From Monocercomonoides exilis PA203 (lineage: Eukaryota; Protista; Preaxostyla), in NCBI GenBank assembly GCA_001643675.2, contig LSRY02000012.1, positions 1,674,001 to 1,738,000 of the forward strand: a stretch of 64,000 nucleotides of DNA, given 5' to 3'. Below the pieces are notes generated by a model that worked only from the letters and a program-made list of their open reading frames with translations, ran no database searches and was not told the DNA's origin. Both the position numbers and the translations under genes were made by a program. Below are positions 11,262 to 21,829 of this stretch, piece after piece (position 1 is the first letter of the stretch; every line of letters begins with the position of its first letter).

Positions 11262-11942
11262 ATGGCGGAGGAGCCAGAGGATCCAACAGCCCACTTTGTC
11301 CGCGACGAGGTGGTGGCTGCGTTCAATGTGTTCGATGTCAAGAAGGAAGGAAAACTGCCGCCCACGCCAGAGGCCCTTCTTCCGCTCATGAGGTCGCTTG
11401 GGTTCGACAGCATCACGACGAGCGAAATAGAAGTTTGTGTTTTATTTTATTTTTGGGGGAACGGCTTGCTTACACCGCGTGTGGGCACCTGTGAAAACAT
11501 TGGAAAAATAAACTGCGCAGCTGATGCTGTTTGACATGGGGGCGCGGGACAAAGGCGGGATTGACGTGGAGTCGCTTGTTCCAGCAGTTGCGAAAAAGAA
11601 GGCTGAGCGGGCAGAGGGCGGGTACACGGACGAGCAGGTGATACGGAATGCGCTGTTTTCGCTGGACCCGAACGGGGGAGACTTCTATTCAGCGGACGAG
11701 TTCCGGATGAAGCTGATGTGCACAGGCGAAAAGCTGAGCGAAGAGGATGTGTGTTTTGCTTTGGCGGGTTTTGGGGTGGTGATTTCCACATTTTTTTTTC
11801 CTTTTGCTTTTTTGTGCAGGTGAACTCGCTCATCAAGCTGGGGGACCCGGCAGGAATCGGGAAGATAGATGTTCCTGGGCTTGTGACGATGCTTTTCAAC
11901 CCGCCCAAGAAGAAGAAAAAGAAGAAGAAGAAGAAGAAATAA
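11262..11942 (+). CDS. Calmodulin/light-chain-like EF-hand protein (173 aa, 3 exons) with a poly-Lys tail
   Basis: Exons 11262-11432, 11521-11748 and 11820-11942, all phase 0. Motifs AAFNVFD...LMRSLG, IRNALFSLDPNGGDFYSADEFR...GEKLSEEDVNSLIKLGDPAGIGKID. Confidence 0.85.
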
Positions 11943-12141
11943 GCGGCGGGGGCAGGCACCGTTTTTTTTTGTGTTTTCAGTTCCACTTCACCCGTCTTTT
12001 TGTGTTTGTTGAATGTTTTGAAAAGAAAAAAGGAAAAAAAAAGAAAAAAAAGACATGATCAATAATGCCATCATGTTTGTCACATTTTGCAGAATAAGTG
12101 TTTTGTGAGGCAGCGAAGCTTCGGAGAACACTGTTTCAGGG

Positions 12142-14441
12142 ATGGCGCGCGGAAAGCTCGAAGGGTACGAATTCTGGAAGTGGATAGGTGCGCCGAGATA
12201 CGTGCTGGCGCCGATGGTGGACGGTTCAGATGTTTCGTATCGCATGCTGTGCAGACGGTACGGGGTGACGCTGTGCTACACGCCCATGTATACGTTCTTT
12301 TTTTATATGTTTGCGGGCGTGGAGCCCTTAAAGGAAGTTTTTTGGTTTGCTTTGTTTGGGAACAAAGGATTGTGGCGAGCTCGTTTCTTTGGGACTCCGC
12401 CTACCGCGAGGAGGTGTTTGGGACAGCGGAAGAGGACAAGCCGCTGTTTGCGCAGATATGCGGGGACGATGTGGAGGCGATGGTGAAGGTTGCCAAAACG
12501 ATTGAGAAGTCGTGTGATGCAGTGGATGTGAATTTTGGCTGTCCACAGGTGTGAATGCTCAATTTTTTAAAAAAAAAGAATATTACTCACGGGCTGTTGC
12601 AATGCAGAAATACGCGAAGCGGGCGCATTACGGGGCGTATCTTCAGGACGAGTGGGATCTGATTCGGAAGATAGGTTTAATCGATGAATAGAAAAAGAGA
12701 AAATCTTGAAGAGCTTTTTTTAACTTCATTTTTTATTTTTGGCTTCTCAAAACTGCACATGGGGGCAAATGACGACTGTTGGCATTTGGGGCTGGCGTGC
12801 AGTGTCGACGCTGCACAGCTGCCTGGAGGTTCCTGTGACAGCGAAGTTCAGGAAGCAGTTCAGCACAGACCGGACAGTTGGGCTGGCGCGGCTTCTGGAA
12901 GAATCAGGGGCGCAAGTGATTTGCATGCACGGAAGAACGCGAAAGCAGAAAGGAGCAAAGACAGGAGAAGCAGATTGGGAAGAGATACGAATTGCACGGT
13001 GTGCATGAGGGAGGATATCAAAGCAGCTTGTCTGTGGGGTTGGGAGAGCAGCAAAAGAAGAGTCAAAAAATATGATAATGCGCGCTTTCACAACAACAGG
13101 TGCTTCTCTGTTTTCGTCAGAAAATGCAAGAAAGAGAAGCTTTTTTTTTCACTGAAAGGCAGAAAAGTCATCATTAATGTTCTTTTGTTATTTTTGTTTT
13201 TTCTTCATGATATTTTGAGGTTTTTTTAACGAAATTTTCATTTTCTGTCTTTTGTTGGCAACATGAAACATGCGATTGATGCGTTTGTGTGCTGAAGGGA
13301 GGCAGTGCATGTCCCGTTCATTGCAAACGGAAGCATTCGTTCACTGGAAGATGCGGAGGAGTGTCTGAGAATCACGAAGGCAGATGCTGTGATGAGTGGC
13401 GGTGTGAATGGAATAGGGAGAGCAGAAAGCGACGAGACGCAATGAATATACTGTGTTTTTATGATTATCATTTGAGTTTTCTTTCTCTTTCATTTTTAAT
13501 GTTTTTTTATCTGTTTTTTTTAATTGTTTCTGCTTTGATGAACAAATATGTTTTTTCAGAGGGTCTTCGTCGATGCCCAGCATTGTTTTATTCGCCGTCG
13601 AGTTTGAGTGACATTGATTCGTCGTTTTCATCATCTTCTTGTTGGTCTGTTGGAAAGCCGTTTTCAGAAGCAAGCAATGGCCACACACGCGGGATTGGCT
13701 ATGCGTTGGAGTATCTGGATTTGTGTGGGAAGTATTGCACGCCTTTGGATGTTGTGAAAGAGCATGTGCATCGGATGCTGCTGAGCGAGTGTGTATTTTT
13801 GGATTCTTTCCCCCCCTCATTCGTTTGTTTTGCATTTCTGTTGTTGCGTATTCCCCCATGTTGCTGTGACTCCTGGATTGTGCTTGTGCGACTGCTGGTT
13901 GGGTGTGGGGTGTGGGGCGTGTGGGATGTGTGCTGCATGCTGTGTGCAGTCTGACCACACCAGCAGCGACATTCAAGAGCTTTGACACAAAGCGAGGAAG
14001 AAGGCACTGGGCAAAAGGGAAGGAAGAGGAGAAGACGCGGTCGCTGCTTGAAACACACTGGGATGTTCGAGAGAAAATGATGGATGCACATTCTGTCGAG
14101 GAGGTGCGCGATTTGATGGGCATGCTGAAAGGGCGAGTGCTGGTATGTGTGGAAAGAGGGGAAGAGAGTTTGGAAGGGCTGGGCAATTGTTGTTTTGACA
14201 TGCAAGTTTTTCAGAACTTTTTTGTTGTGCGAATTTATTCTGTGAATTGTGCATCATATTTTGAAATGTTTCTGTGTTGTGTTTCTGACAGACGGACACA
14301 CCACCACCGCCTCGCCCTGCTCGCCATGAGCCGCAGGCAGAAGAGGAAGATGGACTCGATGGGTCGATTCTTTTTGGAGAAGAGGAAGCAAGCTGCAGCA
14401 ACGAAGGCGCAGAAGACGAGTTATTTTCAGGAGATTATTGA
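12142..14441 (+). CDS. DUS1: tRNA-dihydrouridine(16/17) synthase, DUS1-like; multi-exon
   Basis: Motifs [45 protein letters not shown] (catalytic Cys), [45 protein letters not shown] and DAVMSGEGL. The last exon ends at TGA 14439-14441. Confidence 0.93.
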
Positions 14442-14973
14442 GAACGAACTGATTTCTTTTCAGCAAAGAACCAGGCGCGTTATTGTTTATCCCAGTGAGC
14501 AGAACACAATCGCAGTTGTGGAGAATCCTTCGAGGATTGGAAGGGCTGAGGATGTGCAGGCAGTCATTTGTGGAGCACTGAACTTATTTTCATGCCAACA
14601 ATTTTCTTTTTTTTTCCGCCCACAAAAGCAAAAAAAGATCAATGCATCATGCTTCTGTTGCTTTCAGTTTCTTTCAAAAAACATGGATTGATGTGATACC
14701 CGGAGAAAAAAAAATATATCTAAGAATTCGCGGATAAATATTCCGAAAAATTAAAAAAAAAATAGACTTTTTTAAAGCTTTTATCGTTTTATTGTGTTAA
14801 TAACCACCATTGTTTCAATTTTTTATTTTTTTATGTTCTGAATTATTAACGCCATCAATAAAAAATTAAACGTCAAAGAAAGATCTTTCTTTGATTCTTT
14901 TTCAATATTTCTCTCTTCATCACCCATAAGCACGTAATTATTCATTACATCTTGCTTTATTTGCTTTTTTTCA

Positions 14974-17900
14974 ATGAAAAATCGGAGAGGCGCGCAAAAA
15001 GCACAAATATCTCATAAAAAACCAGCATCTGTATTTTCAGCAACTGTGAATTTGGTAAATACTGTTGTTGGAGCAGGACTTCTTGGACTTCCATTTGCTT
15101 TTGCAAAAGCTGGAATTGTTCCTGCAGTACTAATTTTTCTTGTGATGACCTTCTTTGCATACGTGACTTATGCATATTTAACAGATGTTGCAGATGCCAC
15201 ATGCTTGTATACAATGGGAGATGTTTGATTTTTCTATGTTATTTAAAATTTAACGGAAATCAAATTTGATTATAAATCATTCAGATTGCTAGCAAACTAT
15301 TTGGACCAGTAGGAATTTTATTTGCCGCTTTTTGCACATTTATATTGTGTTTTGGGTTCTTGTGGGCTTATGTTATACTTGTAGGAGATTTTCTAATTTC
15401 ATTGTTTCGTGCATCCGGAATGAGCTCTGAAGCCTTACTTGTTCAGCGATGGTTTTTGACAATTATTTTAGGATTTTTCATATTCCAGCCTTTATCATGG
15501 TTTCGACGTGTTGATTCACTGAAATTCGTAAGTATTTTTGCTTTGTTCATGATCTGCTATTCAATCCTTGTTGTGATCATCAGATGCTTCTCTCCGATGG
15601 AAGTTGTGGTTCATGATGCTCCCCAAGCAGTAAGACCTTCAATGTCAATGATTCAATGCTTTTCATCACTTTGCTTTGCATTTGGTGCTCATCAGAATGT
15701 TCCAATTATAATGGGAGAATTACGAAGAAAATCATTGAAGAATATGAAAGTTGTGACGCGGGTTGGGCTTGTTGTTGTTGGAGCATTGTACATGATAATG
15801 GCATTGTTTGGTTATCTTCAATTTACAAATCGATTTTTCTCTGCCGAATCTGGTGGTAACATCCTAACTTTGTATGCAGACAATGACGTGCTTGTAATTA
15901 TTGCACGAATTGGATTTGCAATTTCGCTTGTTTTCAGTTTTCCAGTGCTTCTTATACCCACTCGAAAAGAGTTGTTTAACCTCATTAGATGCATAATAGA
16001 CATTATAAAGCGACCAAAGGGCACCTCAATTGGAGACATATATCCACCAGGCAGCTCGCTTTCTCCGCTTATTCCGAAGGACTGGAAAAAAGTCAAAATT
16101 CTCGGAAATCTTTCAAAACACCACATGGCCACAGGAATTACTGGAACCATCATCACATTTTTTGCCTCTTTCTTGTCAATCATCTTATCTAAAGTTAGCT
16201 TCGTATTCGACATCTTCGGGTCGACTGCAGGCGCCTGCGTAGCGTTTATTGTTCCTGCGCTGTGCTTCATTCGCTTTAAGACCAATCCTGCTCGGTTTGT
16301 CAACCGCGACAGAAGAAAGATTCTTGAGGCAGAAGAAGACGATGAGTCGAAGTTTGTGTCGCTGAAGTATTTTTATCCAGATGTCTTTGAAGAGCAGCAG
16401 ATGAAAATGCTGAAGGAAGAAGGTTTATTGTCAGAGGAAGGAGGAATTTCGGGGAAGGAAAGCGGAGATAGGAATGCGAACGAGACAGAGATGGTTGAAA
16501 TGAAAGCGGACAATCCTTTGAATGAGCAGGACGATGGACGAGATCTGTCAGCAGACCAAATCCCTTCGACAGAAGAGTCAGACTCGCTGAAGTACGAAAC
16601 GATGGTTGTGCCAGGAGAAGGCGATGAGGAGCAAGGTGACGATGCCAATGCAGAAAGCAGCGACGACAGCGAAAGCGACAGCGACAGCGATGACGATGCA
16701 GCTGGGCGGGGGGCTGTTATGTTCATTCCGCCACGCTCGTTTCTGGCCTCTCGTCAGTCGCAGTCGCAGTTGCGTTCTCCTTCAACTGCGATGCTGTCAA
16801 ATCCATCAACAGCGTCTCTGAGTACAAAAGAAGGTGAGACGTTGCAGAGGCAGAATCAAAGCACCATGTTTGACTCTTCCTCTTCTCCTTCGACACCGCA
16901 AACAGCCACCACACCAACGTCTTATTCTGCGTCTTCCACAGTTTCAAATGCTGCGATGCCACCAGCACTCACAACAGGAACAAGCTTCATCCCATCTGTC
17001 ATGTCAGATGCCTCGATACACACACCATCGCCTGCACAACAGGCAAAAGAGCAGAACCGAATGGGATATTCAGGCAGCAATGAAGATGAAGATGGAGATG
17101 AAGATTTTGACTCTGACGACTCAGATGAGTCAGATGAGGAAGGCAAGCAGCAACTGCTCTTTACATCATCAACAAACGCGTCTGCCAATCAACAGTCCCT
17201 TTCTTCTTCGAATATGAAGCGGAGAAACTCTTCTTCCCAATCCTCAATTTCTGGGAGAGAAGGAAGTTCTCAGTCGTTTGTCCCACCGCGAAGACGCAGC
17301 AGTGCTGCATTCAACTCGTCAAAGGGCAGTCTGGGAAGCGGGATGAACACTCTGAGCAGCGCTGGGTCTGCCAGCGGAGGATTCCTGCAGCCACTGCCTG
17401 GGATGGGCTCGCCTGCCTCTGCTGCGCTGCCGCCGTCTGCTTTTCTGGCACCGACGCAGCCCATTCCCACACAGCCAGCGTCTTCCTCCACATTCACCAA
17501 TCCTTCTGTGCCTCCTGGTTCGTCTGGCGCTGCCGCAGCACCGTCTGTGCCTGCAACACAACCAGGTGCAGCGCCTGTACTCGGAATGGGGCTTGGCGTG
17601 GGAATGGACTACTTAGCATCGATACACGCAGCAATGGAGAACAGCCAGGGGAGCAGCGCTTATTCAACTACTGAAGCACAACCAGCTACTGGCACTTCAG
17701 CTATTGCTTCATCCAGCTCTTCTTCATCTTCATCTTCATCTTCATCTTCATCATCATCTTCTTCTTTTTCATCATCTTCTTCTTCTGACTGTGCAAGTAA
17801 TCAGCTTGCATCAGAATCAAAAGCCTCTTTGCGACTGCCTTCTTCTTCATCGCTGCAGCAGATGCAAGATGCAGAAGCTCAACCAGAAGAGCATGGAAAT

Positions 17901-18536
17901 GTGAAGAGGAAGAAGTCCTTTGTTCGCAGAGGATTCACATCTTCACAGACTCAGCTGGCGCAGATCAAATCTTCACAGTCCATCCACGCTGCAATGAGCA
18001 GCATTCCGCGACAGGTTTCGTCTCGTTTTGCGTCGTATTCGCAATTTCCTGACGAAGAGAAGCCTCAAATGAGCAGACTGGGCAGCTATTCTGTTGTGGG
18101 CCAAGATTTCGAAGGCATCACGCACAGGAACTCGAGTGCTGGTTTTGCTTCTGTTCGATCGTCGCAGTCGATGCACAGAATTGGATCGACGAGAACGGTT
18201 GGAAGAGACGGCAGAGTAGCACAGCAAGGCAGCGAAGGAGAAGCAGCAGAAGGAGAGAAGACAAAAGACGAGGTAGACAGCAAAGAGCAGATGCCGAGAT
18301 TTGATGCGCTGAGTGCAGAGGAGAAAGAGGAGATTGTGAACTTTGCGAAGATGTCAGCCAAAGTGGATGTGGGGCACGAGAGAACAATCCAAAGTCTTTT
18401 GAAGCCGCTGGAGTGCTCCTCCTGCCAAGTTGTGTTTGCGTGGTGCCTTGTTGTCTTGGGAGTGGTGTTTGGGCTTATTTCGCTTGCAATGGCAATCATA
18501 TTCGACACGGCACTTGCTGATCAGGTCAACTTTTGA
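14974..18536 (+). CDS. Amino-acid transporter, AAAP/SLC38-like (~1166 aa, 2 exons), with a ~700-aa low-complexity insert before the last TM helix
   Basis: SVFSATVNLVNTVVGAGLLGLPFAFAKAG, PLSWFRRVDSLKFVS, FAFGAHQNVPII, ALFGYLQF, VFDIFGST and FIVPALCF. Intron 15223-15284. Final TM VVFAWCLVVLGVVFGLISLAMAII. Confidence 0.93.
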
Positions 18537-19725
18537 TTGACCAGAAATAATGCCAACAAAAGGGCAAAAGGAATTTGTGTTGAAGCAGACTAATAAGAAA
18601 AGGATGGAAAAGATATTCAGCACAAACCAATTTTCTGTTAATATTTCCAGAATCGAAGTTTTCAGTTTAATTTTCGTTGTGAGATTAATCTTGTTATCAT
18701 TATAGTTTTCGTGATAATTTACAAATTATTTTTCTGATTGTGTATTTTGCATTTTAGATGCTTAAAAATAAAGTGTGTTCTCCTGTTCTTTTCTTTTGCT
18801 TCAACTTGTTTTTTAGTGTGTGAAAAAGTTATTATTTTTATTCTTTTTCTTCCCAAATAATATTTCCAGCAAATTTTACACAAATCTCGATGAAAATTTG
18901 AAAAGTTCATTTTCTTTCAAAATACTTATGTTCATAATTCAATTTTTGTTTTTTTGAATTTTCACGTACAGTACATTGGATGCGAGATCGTTTTACGTTT
19001 TTTTAAAGATTTATCTTTAATTAACAGAGGAACACATATTTTTTGTTGAAATGTATTTTTTGTTAGATTTAGGAAAAGTTTTGAAATAATATTATTGAAT
19101 TTCGGTGTGAAATAGAAATGTTTCTTCAGCTATTCTCTTATATGTTGAGTGTCTGTTAACAGCTTTGTGTTCCTCATATTTCTATTGTTTATTGAAAGTT
19201 TGACTTATTTCTGATTTAAGTTCAACACTTTTTGGTCTTTTTATGTTGTTTTAATCAAGTTATTGAAAAGAGCCAAAAAATCTGTTTTTTTTTTTTTTTT
19301 TTTGCTGAGCGAAAAAATGAGGCTTGCAATCTTGATTTTCATTTCATGTCACTTATCACCAGGTGCATCCTTCAGTAATATTCTTGTCATAAGATTGGTT
19401 CATAAGAATATTTTTCTAAGTGCAAAAAGAAATTATTATCTTACTCAAAGAAAAGAAAACTATTTCTAAATATTAAATTGCAGCAAAGATTTCTAAAAGT
19501 TGTTCACGCATTTGTTTGCAACACATATTAAAAATAAACAAAAACCGTTGTGTAAATATTGAATAACAATGAAACTTCAATTTGAAATAAGTGAATACTC
19601 TATTTCATTATTTGTACAAATCGAAGTAAAATTCAACAACTCCAAACGATACACATCAAATAACATTTCCATGCAACTTTCAATTGAATGCCTTTAAACT
19701 TAAAAAAATAACCCCAAAATCTTTT

Positions 19726-21738
19726 TCAAGTGTCACTTTTATTTGCTTTTCTCTCTCTTTCTGTCAACACGCGATCCAGTCTCTTGCAAAGCAGATCGAC
19801 GTCGTTTTCTGACATTCCAATTGCGCAGGCACACGACAGATACGGAAAAGGATATCGTGTCAAGTGAGACCCAAATCCCGACACCATTTCGACTCCTTCG
19901 CAAATGAACTTCTTTTTTGGCGGTGCAAGTGGATCGACAGTTCGGCAGCCAGAAACACAGCGAAGGAAAAGAGACGACCCGATGGAAGTGATCTCCGATG
20001 AAGACGAGGAAGTCGGCTTTTCCACAGCTGCTGATGTTGATAATGCTGTCGAAGGAGCAGAAGAAGACGAAGCATTTTCAATCGAAGAAGTTTCAGATGA
20101 TTTCTCAGAAATATCGCCTTTTCCAGAATCTGTTTGTTGTGTTGGACTTGACTGAAATGAAGAGAGCGAAATAGCCATTGAAATGGGATTATGAGGCGTG
20201 GAAAGCAAGCGCTCGTTGTGTTTCCCAGCAACTTCCTTCAGCCGTTCCTGCATTGCAACGAACAGCTGCTTCCGCTTTTCGCACAGGTCGGAATATCCTT
20301 TCCATCCAAGTGAAAGCAGCGTAATAAACAAATCAACAAGTGGGCTGATGTTTGCTCTGCCTGGAAACAAATTCGAGACTCGCTCAACAATCGAAAGGGG
20401 AGTTGAGACATCTGCAGAAGATGAAGGCGTCGATGATGCAGAGGCTGATGGAACGGAAGATGAGATTGGATTCCTCAATGAAAATGCCTTTTTTGATGGT
20501 GCCAAAGGAGAACAAAGAACTGTTCCGCCAACGGGAACAAGAAAGTTCTTATCGGTGCTCTGCAAATAACAAACAAAATTAATCAAAATTATTACAAGTG
20601 AAGTGCATAATGATTACCAGATGAACAAGAAAGAAGAGGAAAAATAATTTTAACATTGCGTTTTGTTCGATAATTTCTAATTTCAAAATACCATAACAAC
20701 TGCGTCCACCCTTCCTTTCCGTGCTGAATCCTCTAACATATTCATTATTTTGTTACTCTGCAATCCATATGCGTTGTTGACAATATGAGGGATATTATAG
20801 TCATCACATAGCTTTGAAATTTCACCAACACTATGAAATCATTTGGTTAAAAAGATAAAAAAAAATTGATTATTGTTAATCCGTTTGAATAGTCACAAAC
20901 CGATCTGGAGCTCGAGGTGCAAAGCAAGACGATACAGACATAACACAAACTATATTTTCCGTTCCAATTTCTTCAATTTTTTTTGTGAGATTTTGAATGT
21001 CAGTTCTCACTTCGTCTCCTTCAAGTTTATTTTCAACGATACACGGAATAAATCCTGCTGCATGAATACATTTAACGCATGTCTTTTGATCCATGCGAGG
21101 AGTAATTACATATTTTGCTTTCGGTCGTTCAGATTTTAAGGAAAGGAAAACCATTGTAAGGCACATTCCTGTTGCAAGTGGAAGAACAATAGCATTATTT
21201 GCACAGCGAAATCCGCGTCTGTGCAATATATCAAGAGCAAAGTAATTGGTCAATTTGACAAGCAATGACGAGCCAGCTGCTTTTGGTTGAGGGGCAAAGA
21301 AATCTCCTGAACTGATTTGATCAAAATATTAAATTATTCAGGAGCATCTCATGCAAACCGCCCAATTCCATGCCCCATATAAAAATGACGTTTTGCAACA
21401 ATCGGAGAAAAAATCCGGGCTTCGCGCTCTCCAACTCCCGCATTCTCTTTGATGAGAAAAAATCATTAATTAAATTTGAATGAAACAAAAAATACCTATA
21501 AAATTATTACTATCCATCATTGATAACTCTGACAAGATATTTTCAATAACAACATCATTCACTCCATCTTCTGGTATCGATCTCTTAAGAGAGAAAAAAT
21601 AAAAACATTGAAAAATCAGTTGAACACCTGAGATATAAGCGTCAGCAGAAACTTATTTTTAACTTGAAAAGCATTTTTTATTGTATCAGAAACACCCTTC
21701 CCTCCAACTATCTGATCCAGATGGGGTAGCCCATCCAT
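19726..21738 (-). CDS. SEPSECS: O-phosphoseryl-tRNA(Sec) selenium transferase (selenocysteine synthase); 6 exons
   Basis: Spliced: ELSMMDSNNF|.NAGVGEREARI....AKRHFYMGHGIGR|SGDFFAPQPKAAGSSLL...LPLATGM...RMDQKTC...SCFAPRAPD|...IPHIVNNAYGLQ...GRVDAVVM|STDKNFLVPVGG (PLP Lys)...FPGRA...FGSH...PYLSCACAIGM. These motifs are diagnostic of eukaryotic SepSecS. Confidence 0.96.
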
Positions 21739-21829
21739 ACAAATTAACCTTATCAAAAAGATTTATTTTGGTTAAAAGTTTGAATATTGATCAAAGATTA
21801 ATATTTAACCAATTGTCTAACCGCATCTG
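21739..21829. promoter_or_regulatory. Candidate compact bidirectional promoter between SEPSECS and CCDC81
   Basis: Only 91 nt separate the two divergent ATGs (21738 on -, 21830 on +). Confidence 0.55.
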
